Of a DNA stretch of 64,000 nt, positions 47,886 through 58,209 are shown one piece after another (position 1 is the first letter of the stretch; each line of letters opens with the position of its first letter). The notes beneath the pieces were generated by a model, which searched no databases, was not told where the DNA came from, and saw only the letters and a program-made list of their open reading frames with translations. The translations under genes were made by a program, and so were the position numbers. Location: the NCBI GenBank assembly GCA_964475465.1, contig CAYYXA010000027.1, forward strand, positions 2,397-66,396. Reading direction: 5' to 3'. This stretch comes from an uncultured Brevinematales bacterium (GTDB lineage Bacteria > Spirochaetota > Brevinematia > DTOW01).

Positions 47886-49964
47886 ATGGATGTCAACCAA
47901 AGGCTTATAAGTGCAGCAGAAATAGCAGACTTCATTTCTTCACTTTCCTCTACATCACCAAGTGAAGCGCTAGGAAAAGTGATTTTATTTCTAACTCAAA
48001 TAACGGACTCGGACATAGGAAGTATATATGAAGTAGACTCGTTAGGTGAAGGACTCGAAATAAAATTCATAGCTGAAAAATTAGGTGATAAACTTACTCT
48101 TAAGCCCAAAGGTAACACATTTATACCCTTTGACAAAGGCATAGTAGGCTGGGTATACAGGAACAAAGCCCCATACATCTCAGATAACTTGTCCAAAGAC
48201 AAATTCTTCATTCCACTATCGGGAGAAACAAAATCAGAAATCACAATTCCTGTCTACGTGAAAAATGAAGTACTATACATAATAAACCTAGAAAGTTTTG
48301 ACGAAAACAAATACACCAAAGAATCAATGGAATTAGTAAGCCTAATATCAACTATTTTTTCGAACGTTCTTGAAAAATTGCTAGAAATCGAAAGGAAGGG
48401 GTTAGAAGTAACGTATTACAGGATACTATCAAGGGTGTACAAAGTAACTCAAAACATAAATGAACTAGAAACAGTCTTCAAGAAAATAATGAACGCACTT
48501 ATTGAAGAAATAAACATAGAAAGAGGAATGATATTCTTGTTTGATGAAACCGACAAAGAAACCTTAAAGATAGTTCAAAGCTTCGGCCTAACTGAAGAAG
48601 AGAAGAACAAAGGAGTATACAGGATAGGTGAAGGTATAATAGGAAACGTTGTCAAAAACCTATCTCCCATCTTCGTACCTAACATATGGAGAGATAAAAG
48701 ATTTTTAAACAAAACGGGAGCTAAAAGAGCAACAAACAAAAGAATATCCTTTTTTGCTACACCTATACTTTTCGGTAATGAGCTACTCGGAGTAATGAGT
48801 ATAGAAAAAGAGTTTAGGAGTATTGAAGAATTTGAAACTATTGGTAAACTTTTAGAAGAAATTTCAAACAATATTGCTATTTCTGTAATGCACTATATAA
48901 AGAGAAAGGAAGAAACCAACAAACTACTAAACGAAAACGAAGAATTAAGAAAGCAGTTGGCATCGAAGTACAAGATAAGCAGCATAATAGGTAAATCCGA
49001 AAAAATGCTAGAAGTTTTCAGAATCGTAAACATAATCTCGGACACTAACTCCACAGTTCTCATAGAAGGAGAATCGGGAACAGGAAAAGAACTAATAGCT
49101 AAAGCAATACACTTCAATAGCAGCAGAAGGAATATGCCATTTGTGAGTCTAAACTGCGCAGCAATACCAGAAACATTACTTGAAAGCGAGCTATTTGGCT
49201 ACAAGAAAGGCTCTTTTACCGGAGCAACAAGTGACAAAAAAGGTAAAATCCTACTAGCAAATGGAGGCACACTATTTCTAGATGAAATAGGTGATATGCC
49301 CCTACCATTACAGGCAAAACTACTAAGAGTTTTGCAGGAAAAAGAAGTAGAACCAATAGGAGGATTACCTACAAAGGTAGATGTAAGAATAATAGCAGCC
49401 ACAAATAAAGACCTCCAAAAACTTGTAGAAGAAGGTAAATTCAGGCTAGATCTATTCTACAGGCTGAATGTAATAAAAATCTCTCTTCCACCATTAAGAG
49501 AAAGGAAAGAGGATATACCCCTCCTAGTAGATGAATTCATAAGGAAATTCTCAACAGAACATAAAAAGAACATAAGTAAGGTAGACAAGGAAGTGATGAA
49601 CATTCTAATGGAATACGATTGGCCCGGTAATGTAAGAGAACTAGAAAATATAATTGAAAGAGCTATAATCCTATGCCAAAGTGATACCATAACTTTAGAT
49701 CTATTACCTAAGGAAATACTACTTCAAGTAACATCGCACACAAACTACGAAGAAAAAATATCTGAGATTATATCAAAATTTATCGAAAAAGCAGATATAA
49801 ACAATGAAAATACGCTTTACGATAAGCTAATAACCCCAGTAGAAAAAACAATAATATCTAGAGTCCTACTCAAAACAAACAATAACAAACTAAAAGCTTC
49901 AAAAATTCTAGGAATAAATAGAAACACTCTCGATAGCTACATTAAAAAATACAAACTTCAGTAG
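47886..49964 (+). CDS. Sigma-54 enhancer-binding protein with two N-terminal GAF-like sensor domains (FhlA/NifA-like architecture)
   Basis: About 340 aa hold two GAF-like modules. Then comes the AAA+ core IEGESGTGKELIAKAIH...ESELFGYKKGSFTGA (a GAFTGA variant). The C-terminal Fis-type HTH is LKASKILGINRNTL. Confidence 0.8.
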   Translation: MDVNQRLISAAEIADFISSLSSTSPSEALGKVILFLTQITDSDIGSIYEVDSLGEGLEIKFIAEKLGDKLTLKPKGNTFIPFDKGIVGWVYRNKAPYISDNLSKDKFFIPLSGETKSEITIPVYVKNEVLYIINLESFDENKYTKESMELVSLISTIFSNVLEKLLEIERKGLEVTYYRILSRVYKVTQNINELETVFKKIMNALIEEINIERGMIFLFDETDKETLKIVQSFGLTEEEKNKGVYRIGEGIIGNVVKNLSPIFVPNIWRDKRFLNKTGAKRATNKRISFFATPILFGNELLGVMSIEKEFRSIEEFETIGKLLEEISNNIAISVMHYIKRKEETNKLLNENEELRKQLASKYKISSIIGKSEKMLEVFRIVNIISDTNSTVLIEGESGTGKELIAKAIHFNSSRRNMPFVSLNCAAIPETLLESELFGYKKGSFTGATSDKKGKILLANGGTLFLDEIGDMPLPLQAKLLRVLQEKEVEPIGGLPTKVDVRIIAATNKDLQKLVEEGKFRLDLFYRLNVIKISLPPLRERKEDIPLLVDEFIRKFSTEHKKNISKVDKEVMNILMEYDWPGNVRELENIIERAIILCQSDTITLDLLPKEILLQVTSHTNYEEKISEIISKFIEKADINNENTLYDKLITPVEKTIISRVLLKTNNNKLKASKILGINRNTLDSYIKKYKLQ

Positions 49965-49966
49965 AA

Positions 49967-50647
49967 TTACAAATCAATTACGTAATGTCCGTAGCAATTA
50001 ACTACCCTAACTCCTTCATAAATTGTAACTCTACTCTCCCTCCTATCATAGATATGAACATGGCCATGCAAAAGGTACCTAGGCTTATATTTTTTCATGA
50101 AATCGAGAAAAACCTTAAACCCCCTATGAGGTAAATCTTTGCCATCATGTATACCGAAAGGCGGAGCGTGCGTAATAACAACATCAACAGAACTTCCAAA
50201 AAGCAACTTTCTCAAAGCCAATCTGAACTCTACCCTTCTGACCCTTCTCGACATCTCTTCTTCAGTAAATTGATGGGGACCATTGTTGTATTTATAACTG
50301 CCATCAAATCCAACAAAATTGATACCCCCAACATTCAGAATTTTGCAATCAATATTCACACCACCAAAGCTCCCCCTATAATCAAACTGATATCCAAAAT
50401 CAAACCTTGACTTACTAAGTCGACTTAAAAACGGAACACCATCAAAATTACTCGTCACCATTTCATCGTATAAATCATGATTCCCATGAACATAAAGCAA
50501 AGGCACATTATACCTCGTTACAAGAAACTCCAAGTAATCAATAGGTAGATCCCCACAAGATACAAGAACATCAGGATTTATCTTATCTGCTTCTTGCGAA
50601 TCAAAGAAAAATTTTTCAACGATATCACTAACACAAAGAATTCTCAT
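49967..50647 (-). CDS. Calcineurin-like metallophosphoesterase
   Basis: The GDLP...GNHD...GHVH motifs are present. Confidence 0.7.
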   Translation of the reverse strand: MRILCVSDIVEKFFFDSQEADKINPDVLVSCGDLPIDYLEFLVTRYNVPLLYVHGNHDLYDEMVTSNFDGVPFLSRLSKSRFDFGYQFDYRGSFGGVNIDCKILNVGGINFVGFDGSYKYNNGPHQFTEEEMSRRVRRVEFRLALRKLLFGSSVDVVITHAPPFGIHDGKDLPHRGFKVFLDFMKKYKPRYLLHGHVHIYDRRESRVTIYEGVRVVNCYGHYVIDL

Positions 50648-50653
50648 TATTCT

Positions 50654-50818
50654 CTACTCTTCGACCTCTTTTATCTTATCTTTTATGAAATCTTCAAACT
50701 CATCTTTACTCATCTTATCCTTAAATAATTCCCACATTGCCTGCTTCAATTCATCAATAGAACTAAATTTAGCTCCTTTTTGAGCCCCCTCTTCAATATA
50801 ATAATACTTTTTGGCCAT
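50654..50818 (-). CDS. Candidate small protein (54 aa) immediately upstream of the metallophosphoesterase
   Basis: ATG at 50818 is preceded by GGGGG at about a 7-nt spacing. The product is MAKKYYYIEEGAQKGAKFSSIDELKQAMWELFKDKMSKDEFEDFIKDKIKEVEE. The stop lies 6 nt before the next ATG. Confidence 0.3.
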   Translation of the reverse strand: MAKKYYYIEEGAQKGAKFSSIDELKQAMWELFKDKMSKDEFEDFIKDKIKEVEE

Positions 50819-51066
50819 ATCAGCCCCCAATCACAAATGAATACTAAATATACTATACTCCATTTGTCAAGGATATAAGAAAGTTTCTCATAACCTTAGC
50901 CAAAAAAGTGATAGTCAGCATACTTTATTCCTGGGTTTAGAATACCGCTACATAAAACGAAAATAACCTTTTCCACATTCTTAGCATCTAAACGAAAATG
51001 AACTATCAAGAATATGCTACTATTAAGCACAAAATACCACTAGTAAACACCACAATACCACCCGAG

Positions 51067-53547
51067 TTATTTCCTGGATAGTGAGAAATAAATCACGTAT
51101 CCACCTAAAATAACAAACACTACAAGAAGTACAAGCTGAAGTATAGCAAAGTAAGAAAATCCATCGAATTTGAACTCTACAACGTGTTTACCTTTTTCCA
51201 AATAAACTGATTGAACGAGATAATTCGCTCTCATTATCTCCCTCTTAACACCATTGACAAAAACCTGCCACTGTGGGCTATAGTATATATTAGCAACTAA
51301 AAAACCATCATCAGAATTCTCAACACTGAGTTTCACATAATCTGGTGAGTATTTCTCCACTTTCAGGTTATAAGAAAAGTTAGTTGAAGGTATAAAATCT
51401 TTTATGTCATTTGTTATAAGTACGCTATTCTTTAACACTTCCGTAGGAAGTGTTAATAAAAATTCAAACTGCCCTGTGTACTTTATGTAGTTAGGTGTCA
51501 TATAAAATTTAGGAAGCCCTCCATTGAGCTTATAAACATAAGCAGAGTGTTGTATCGTGCTAGGTCCCGAATCACCTTCCCCAAAGTACACAACAGAATT
51601 TATATTAGTAACATACTCTAAATCTTTGAGCTCGGCAATCTGAGGAGTAGTAGGTGGCAAATCAACTATCACATACTTCACACCGTAAACTTTCATAACC
51701 GCGATAGGTGCTATATTAAGATAACTTATAAAGCTATTATAGTCCTCAGGAAGCCTACTTTGAGGTATAGTATGTATAGTTTCAAGGCCATTGTAAGGAA
51801 ATAAGAACGTATAATAATGGTTCGCCAATCCAGAAAATATAGCTACTCTCATGGGATCCTTCGAAAACTCCTTCTTCAAGTAAGAAACCAAGTTATTGTC
51901 CTCATAAAGCCTCTTAGGATCAACAAGCTTAAACAGAGGTTTAACAACTAAATACATGTTGAGAAATGCAAAAAGAACGAAAAATACTAGTATCCCCTGA
52001 GGTATTACAATATCCCTTTTTATTTCACTCGTATCAGGTTCAAACCCTGATCTAGTAGACAACTTCTCAACCCCAAAAAGAATCAAAGTACCAAAGAACA
52101 CGAACAAGAAAGTTGTACCAACAGATGAAACTATATTCTCACTTGCCTTCACTGCTGCATTGTAGCCCAAAGGTGCCAAAGCATTCGGGGAAGTCAAAGC
52201 AAAAGCAATTTCTTGCCTTATTCCAAGAAGTGCGAGATAAGCTAGAAGCAAGATCCCAGAGTAAGCAAATAAGTATGTTAAAAACAGTTTATTCTCCCTT
52301 GAACTTTTACCTAAATTCCTAATAAATGAGTCGAACGAAAAAGAAGCAAGAATAACAATTGATATAACAAATATATCCATCCATTTCCCTGGATTCCTTA
52401 ACTTATCAAAAAACGGTATCTGAACGAGGAGCCAAAAGAGAGGTGGGAAATACCTACCCAAAGATAAAAGAAAAGCCAATATCGCAACAACCAACCAAAA
52501 TATAAAGTGTCTCTTTCTCTCTTTTTCCCAATTCCTGAAATAAATGAAAGCTAGCAACAAGAAAGGTAAAACAAAGACACCCACATGAGTATCTATTCCT
52601 AACCTAAAGTTCTTCATCCCTTTCTTTGTTTGTGCATAGCCAAAATCTTGCCCACCTCTGCCCCAATAGGGTAAATCTGAACTTTCGTCAGAGAAATAGC
52701 CAAACAGTCCAGGAACAAAGAAATTTAAAATCTCCTCTGGTGGGAAAGAAAACTGTGTAAGGAATTGCCACTTAGAAACATTATCATCTTTTTTAACTCC
52801 TACCTGCTCCATCTTCGTAAATTCAAACATACCAATTATACCATTTATTGAGAAAAGCACGAAAGTAACCAATACAACCAACGGTATAATAACAAATTTG
52901 ATTATGTTCTCCCGCCTTTCTCTCAATAATTCTCTTGGCTTCTCATATCTTGCCAGCACTAGGAAAATTATATATGCAGCAAAAACTAACCCAAAATATA
53001 TGGTTCTTTGGAAGTCAGCAAACGCTATTCCCAAAGACACACCAGCCAAAAACGAAAGTATCAACAACTTTGTATAATTAAGGCTATTAGAATAAACATA
53101 CTTTGTTATTCCAAGTGTAAGCAATACAAATCCCCAGCTACCGTTTAAATGTCCACCGTAAACTGAAAGCACTCCAAAGGTAGTAAGTGAAATGACACCA
53201 GATCCGAATAAACTAGCCCAAAACGAAACTTTCGAGCTTCTTAAGAATAAGAACATCCCCGAAAATGAAACTATCATGTAGACGATAACATCAAAAACAG
53301 GGGTTTTATCACCAAAAACTTTGGACAAAAATATCGACAAATTAAAGTTAAGACCTACCTGATTACCTAGCAAGTAAGTACTTTGCCAGAACTTATTAAG
53401 CATGGACCACATCGCTGAAGAATACTGCTTTATTATTCCAAGGTTACCATCAATACCAAAGTAAGTATAACCTGTAAAAAGCCCCAAAAAGTTAACAATT
53501 AAAACAAAAACGACTAGAATCGAAGTAGGTAATATCAACTTTTTCAT
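51067..53547 (-). CDS. YfhO-like polytopic membrane protein (GT-C-type glycosyltransferase family)
   Basis: 826 aa. The N-terminus MKKLILPTSILVVFVLIVNF...GIDGNLGIIKQY resembles the YfhO N-terminal motif. There are more than 14 TM helices and a C-terminal extracytoplasmic domain. Confidence 0.65.
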   Translation of the reverse strand: MKKLILPTSILVVFVLIVNFLGLFTGYTYFGIDGNLGIIKQYSSAMWSMLNKFWQSTYLLGNQVGLNFNLSIFLSKVFGDKTPVFDVIVYMIVSFSGMFLFLRSSKVSFWASLFGSGVISLTTFGVLSVYGGHLNGSWGFVLLTLGITKYVYSNSLNYTKLLILSFLAGVSLGIAFADFQRTIYFGLVFAAYIIFLVLARYEKPRELLRERRENIIKFVIIPLVVLVTFVLFSINGIIGMFEFTKMEQVGVKKDDNVSKWQFLTQFSFPPEEILNFFVPGLFGYFSDESSDLPYWGRGGQDFGYAQTKKGMKNFRLGIDTHVGVFVLPFLLLAFIYFRNWEKERKRHFIFWLVVAILAFLLSLGRYFPPLFWLLVQIPFFDKLRNPGKWMDIFVISIVILASFSFDSFIRNLGKSSRENKLFLTYLFAYSGILLLAYLALLGIRQEIAFALTSPNALAPLGYNAAVKASENIVSSVGTTFLFVFFGTLILFGVEKLSTRSGFEPDTSEIKRDIVIPQGILVFFVLFAFLNMYLVVKPLFKLVDPKRLYEDNNLVSYLKKEFSKDPMRVAIFSGLANHYYTFLFPYNGLETIHTIPQSRLPEDYNSFISYLNIAPIAVMKVYGVKYVIVDLPPTTPQIAELKDLEYVTNINSVVYFGEGDSGPSTIQHSAYVYKLNGGLPKFYMTPNYIKYTGQFEFLLTLPTEVLKNSVLITNDIKDFIPSTNFSYNLKVEKYSPDYVKLSVENSDDGFLVANIYYSPQWQVFVNGVKREIMRANYLVQSVYLEKGKHVVEFKFDGFSYFAILQLVLLVVFVILGGYVIYFSLSRK

Positions 53548-53872
53548 ATATCCCCCTCAAAACAAGAAATTTTCAATCAATTATGGTTCAACTAGTGCTA
53601 GTTTTTCAATTATAGTCTAATTCAAGAATCCACATAGAGCTAATACTCATAAAACCATAGACACTTCACATTAACCGCTACTAGCATCATATCACCAATC
53701 TTGATATTGGGATGGTAAGCATCCCAACTAATTTATATCCATTTCTCAAAACGTACTGCAAACACCTAAAGCATTTACAACATTTGCAGGTAGGTATCAC
53801 TCTTCTTAGGCATCCCTCCTTGCCATGAATCATGGAAATGCAACCTATTAATCTAAAAAATTCTACCAGCAA

Positions 53873-55099
53873 CTAATCAAAAAACACTTCTTTTAAATCC
53901 TTATCCATCTGCAACATCAAGATTGAAATATCATCACTTTGCGGATATTTCCCCCTGAAATTCTTCAAATCAGTCCATAAAGCATTTTTTATAAGCTCTG
54001 GGCTATTTGCACCTTTGAGTATGGAGTAAAATCTCTTTTCTGGGTAAAACTCACCATTACCGTTTCTCTGCTCAACAACTCCATCAGAGAAAAATATCAA
54101 TGTATCTTTATTTCTCAAATAAATCCTTTCTTTCTCCAACGGCATATCTTCAGATATCCCTAACGGCATATTTGATTTAGTATTTACTTTGCTTACACTC
54201 TTACCATTTTTTACCAAAACATACCCATGCCCCATATCCCATAAGTCAACTTCACCTGATTCCTTGTAAACCTCTCCAAAAACACCAGTAACATACTTTT
54301 CACCCTGGAAGGTATTAAGAAGATAGTTATTAAGCTTCGCTAAGAAGCTATCATATCCCTCTCCTACAAAGTTGAAAGCATTGAAAAATCCGCCTAATGT
54401 AGTGGTTATCAACGAAGCGCTTGGCCCCTTCCCAGAAACATCACACAACGCAAAAACAATTTTATCGCCTACATCTTTAACAAAATAAAAATCTCCTCCA
54501 ACCTCCTTAGTCGGCTTACTAGCAGCAAAAACAATGAAATTACGTATAACAAGCTTATACTCTTCTGGCACAATATTCCTTTGCACTTCTGTAGCAGAAA
54601 CCATATCTTTTTTCATCATTACGTATATGTAGCTCAACAAATCCTGAGAAGAAAAGATACCTGCAAAATTTCCTTCTTCATCAACCAATATAAAAAACTC
54701 ATTTCTCTTGCTTAAAATCACACTTCCAAGCTCATCGTATAGAGAGTATATATGCAAATAGTAGGGATATATTTTTACTTCCTTCACAAGATTTTTTATA
54801 CTTCTGTACCTATACATATCCAAAACAAAAGGTCTAGACATCGTAGCCATAAAATCATCTCTAACTAGTACACCTAAAGGTCTCATCTTCTCATCCACAA
54901 CACCTACAACATTAATTTCAGGATGCCTCTGAAACTCTAGTAGGACATCATACCCTTTTTCGTAGTAATAAACATAATATTGTGATGAAATAATTTTGTA
55001 CGCTATCTCACCAAAAGCAACAAATGGCTTTGATGGCTTCCTCAAAATTAGAGACACTTCACTTTCATGTTCAATGATTCCATTCATACCCACCTCCAA
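53873..55099 (-). CDS. CBS-domain plus PP2C (SpoIIE/RsbU-type) serine phosphatase
   Basis: An N-terminal CBS pair is followed by the PP2C motifs GGDFYFV, ALCDVSGKG, FFSDGVVE, and the C-terminal DD. Confidence 0.75.
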   Translation of the reverse strand: MEVGMNGIIEHESEVSLILRKPSKPFVAFGEIAYKIISSQYYVYYYEKGYDVLLEFQRHPEINVVGVVDEKMRPLGVLVRDDFMATMSRPFVLDMYRYRSIKNLVKEVKIYPYYLHIYSLYDELGSVILSKRNEFFILVDEEGNFAGIFSSQDLLSYIYVMMKKDMVSATEVQRNIVPEEYKLVIRNFIVFAASKPTKEVGGDFYFVKDVGDKIVFALCDVSGKGPSASLITTTLGGFFNAFNFVGEGYDSFLAKLNNYLLNTFQGEKYVTGVFGEVYKESGEVDLWDMGHGYVLVKNGKSVSKVNTKSNMPLGISEDMPLEKERIYLRNKDTLIFFSDGVVEQRNGNGEFYPEKRFYSILKGANSPELIKNALWTDLKNFRGKYPQSDDISILMLQMDKDLKEVFFD

Positions 55100-55167
55100 T
55101 TACTAAATCTTATGATAGAACCAAAAATCCTAAGTAAAACTACTGTTAAAAATCCGTAAAGAATAAA

Positions 55168-56379
55168 CTAAAAAATGTCTATCAAGTGCCCCATTTTCAA
55201 AGCTTTTGTTTTTAAATATTTCCTGTTATACTCATTAACTCCAACTACAATAGGTACTCTCTCCACAACTTGGACTCCGTAAGACTTGAGTTCTTCTATC
55301 TTCCTAGGGTTATTCGTCATAATCCTAACACTCTTTATACCCAAATCTTTTATAATCTGAGCTGCAATGCCATATTCCCTACCATCAGCAGGTAATCCCA
55401 GCCTAAGGTTGGCTTCCAAGGTATCGGCACCTTCATCCTGAAGCTTATACGCTTTTATCTTATTTCCTAGCCCTATACCTCTACCTTCCTGCCTAAGGTA
55501 GATAAGTATCCCCAAACCCTCCTTCTCTATCATTTCAAGGGAAGTGGCCAACTGAGAACCACAATCACATCTCAACGACCCGAGTATATCACCAGTAAAA
55601 CATTCAGAATGTATCCTAACAAGAACGTTTTCCTTATCTTTAACGTCTCCCTTAACTAAAACAACATCCTCTTTACTAGAGAACAATTCCCTGTAGACAA
55701 TAATATTAAATGTACCATACCTAGTAGGAAGAAATGCCTCTTCTACCTTTTCTATAACTTTTTCATTCTCATACCTGTACTTTACTATATCTTTTATAGC
55801 ACCGATTTTAAGAGAAAATTTTTTAGCAAACTCCACAAGGTCTGGTAACCTCGCCATCGTTCCATCATCCTTCGAAATCTCACATATAACCCCAACAGGA
55901 TAAAGTCCCGCTATTTTCATCAAATCAACAGCTGCCTCCGTATGCCCTCTTCTGACCAAGACCCCACCCTTCCTCGCTTTAAGTGGGAAAACATGCCCAG
56001 GCCTAACAAAATCCTCCGGCTTAGCACTCACAGAAGCTAACTTTCTTATCGTAACACTCCTATCATAGGCAGAAATACCGGTCGTTATACCTTCCCTGGC
56101 GTCAACCGAAACAGTAAACCAAGTACCAAACCTTTCATCATCATCATCTGTCATTAAGTAAAGGTTCAACTTCTCAGCTAATTTCGGATCCATTGGAACG
56201 CATATAAGCCCTCTACCGTACTTCATCATGAAATTTATAATCTCAGGCGTAACAAACTGAGCAGCAGCAACCAAATCCCCTTCATTCTCTCTATCCTCAT
56301 CATCAACTATTATTACCATCTTACCAAGCCTTAAGTCCTGAATTATTTCATCAACAGTATTGAAAGTAAAATCTTTCAT
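55168..56379 (-). CDS. ribBA: Bifunctional 3,4-dihydroxy-2-butanone-4-phosphate synthase / GTP cyclohydrolase II
   Basis: The DHBP synthase motif is DDEDRENEGDLV. The GTP cyclohydrolase II motifs are CxxGxxLxxxxC (CDCGSQ) and RIHSEC. Confidence 0.9.
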   Translation of the reverse strand: MKDFTFNTVDEIIQDLRLGKMVIIVDDEDRENEGDLVAAAQFVTPEIINFMMKYGRGLICVPMDPKLAEKLNLYLMTDDDDERFGTWFTVSVDAREGITTGISAYDRSVTIRKLASVSAKPEDFVRPGHVFPLKARKGGVLVRRGHTEAAVDLMKIAGLYPVGVICEISKDDGTMARLPDLVEFAKKFSLKIGAIKDIVKYRYENEKVIEKVEEAFLPTRYGTFNIIVYRELFSSKEDVVLVKGDVKDKENVLVRIHSECFTGDILGSLRCDCGSQLATSLEMIEKEGLGILIYLRQEGRGIGLGNKIKAYKLQDEGADTLEANLRLGLPADGREYGIAAQIIKDLGIKSVRIMTNNPRKIEELKSYGVQVVERVPIVVGVNEYNRKYLKTKALKMGHLIDIF

Positions 56380-56646
56380 CCCATCACCTTCTTTGATAAG
56401 AAAATATAATTAAATCCTAAAGCCTAAGTCAACAACTCAAACCCCATAGACAACTTTATTACCCAAATACTTTACAATCACCTGGATAAAATATTCGAAG
56501 TAGCATTATTTCACACATTACTAAAAGCCTTCTAATTAGCACACCATTAATAGATTTTATTCACCTTCCTAATGCTTCAAGCACAAATTCCTTAGGTACC
56601 GGCAGTTTGAAAAAACTAAAACATTAAATTTAGATTTCTATTCTTT

Positions 56647-58209
56647 ATGTTTTCGTTAAGAGGGATATTTGTAAATGCATCTGGGACATTTTTGTCAAGG
56701 GTTCTGGGATTATTCAAAAACATCACTGTAAACTTTTTCTTTGGAATTGTTGACGCATACTGGGGAGCATTTCAAATAGTAAACACCTTTAGGGTGCTTG
56801 TAGGAGAAGGAGCAATAAACAACGCATTCATACCACTCTACAAAAAAGTAAAAGAGGAAAACATAAACCTACTAAAGTACTTTGTAATAAAATCATTTCT
56901 TTTCGTAAGCCTATTGTCAATAGCTTTCTCTACAATATTATTCGTTTTCTCGAAAGAAATAACGCATCTGGTCATGCCAGGGTTAAGCAAAGAAGACTTC
57001 ATACTAGCCTCAGAATCAACAAAAATAATGTCAATAGTTGTGTTTCTAATAAGTATTCAATCCTTCTTAGCAGCTATAATAATATCAAAAGAAAACAACT
57101 TTTTCACGTTTGCTTATGCTCCCGTAATAGCCAACATCATAACTATAGCCTATATACTACTATTCCATAGAAATGGTTTTTACAGTCTACCATGGTCAGT
57201 AGTAGCAGGATCCATCGGAATGCTACTATTACAAATCCTATTCACAGCAAAAGGAACAAAAATAAGAGGTGATTTTGAAATAGATAAACTCTTACAACTC
57301 GACGAAAATTCAAAGAAATTCATTATTTCCTTCTTGTCAGTAATACTGATATCAGTCATAACGCAAATAAACTCACTCGTCAGCAGGTTTTTCGGCTCTT
57401 TCTTCTACGGAGTCATAACGGCAACAACAAACGCTTTCATATTGGTACAAGCCCCAATAGGTATGTTCTCTGTTGCTACATCAGTAGTAGGTTTAAACGC
57501 TCTATCAGAAGCTTTCTCAAAAGGCAACAAGGAAGAATTCAAAAACATTGCAGAGAAAGCAATAAGAACATTAAATTTCCTAATCGTTCCTATCTCAATA
57601 GTAATGATCACCTTTAGTGAAGATATAATAAGGCTAATATTCAGAGACATACCAGGTATAATATTAGGCAGTGAAGGCAAATACGGTCCCGAAGCATTAA
57701 AATTAACTCTAGAGATGTTCTCAATATATGTACTCTCAACCTACTTCCTAAGCGTCAATTCACTTCTAACCAGGCTAAGCTACGCAAAAAACCAAATATC
57801 AGTACCTATAATAAACTCAATAATAAACCTGACAACAAACTTAGGAGTAAACATATTGATATTCCTAACCTTGAAAAACTACTTGGGTATTCCCCTAGCC
57901 TTCTTAATGGCAAGCATATCATCAACCGTCTACTTGGCAACAGTTGAGTGGAAGAACATTAGCAACAAAACAAAAATACTCCTAAACCTAATAACTTTAG
58001 TCCTGCTATCCCTTCTATCCAGCATACCAATAAACCTTCTAGCTTCCATCATCAAATATCCTGACACCTACCTCACCTCAGCCATGGTATCAATAGCTAA
58101 AATAACGCTAGCACTTATAGTTTTCTTACTAATATCAGCAATACTAAAAATACCTGAAATAAACACATTACTAAACAGAATAAAGAAGAAAAAGCAGCAA
58201 ACTCTATAA
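56647..58209 (+). CDS. murJ: Lipid II flippase MurJ (MviN family)
   Basis: SRVLGLFKNITVNFFFG...EGAINNAFIPLY is the MurJ N-terminal signature. About 14 TM helices. Confidence 0.85.
   Translation: MFSLRGIFVNASGTFLSRVLGLFKNITVNFFFGIVDAYWGAFQIVNTFRVLVGEGAINNAFIPLYKKVKEENINLLKYFVIKSFLFVSLLSIAFSTILFVFSKEITHLVMPGLSKEDFILASESTKIMSIVVFLISIQSFLAAIIISKENNFFTFAYAPVIANIITIAYILLFHRNGFYSLPWSVVAGSIGMLLLQILFTAKGTKIRGDFEIDKLLQLDENSKKFIISFLSVILISVITQINSLVSRFFGSFFYGVITATTNAFILVQAPIGMFSVATSVVGLNALSEAFSKGNKEEFKNIAEKAIRTLNFLIVPISIVMITFSEDIIRLIFRDIPGIILGSEGKYGPEALKLTLEMFSIYVLSTYFLSVNSLLTRLSYAKNQISVPIINSIINLTTNLGVNILIFLTLKNYLGIPLAFLMASISSTVYLATVEWKNISNKTKILLNLITLVLLSLLSSIPINLLASIIKYPDTYLTSAMVSIAKITLALIVFLLISAILKIPEINTLLNRIKKKKQQTL

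Noticed and set aside
56380-56646. FMN riboswitch upstream of ribBA
   Set aside because: I read the reverse complement of the 267-nt leader. It lacks the conserved GGATGGG / CCGAC / AGGAT-type RFN segments. No convincing multi-stem junction.
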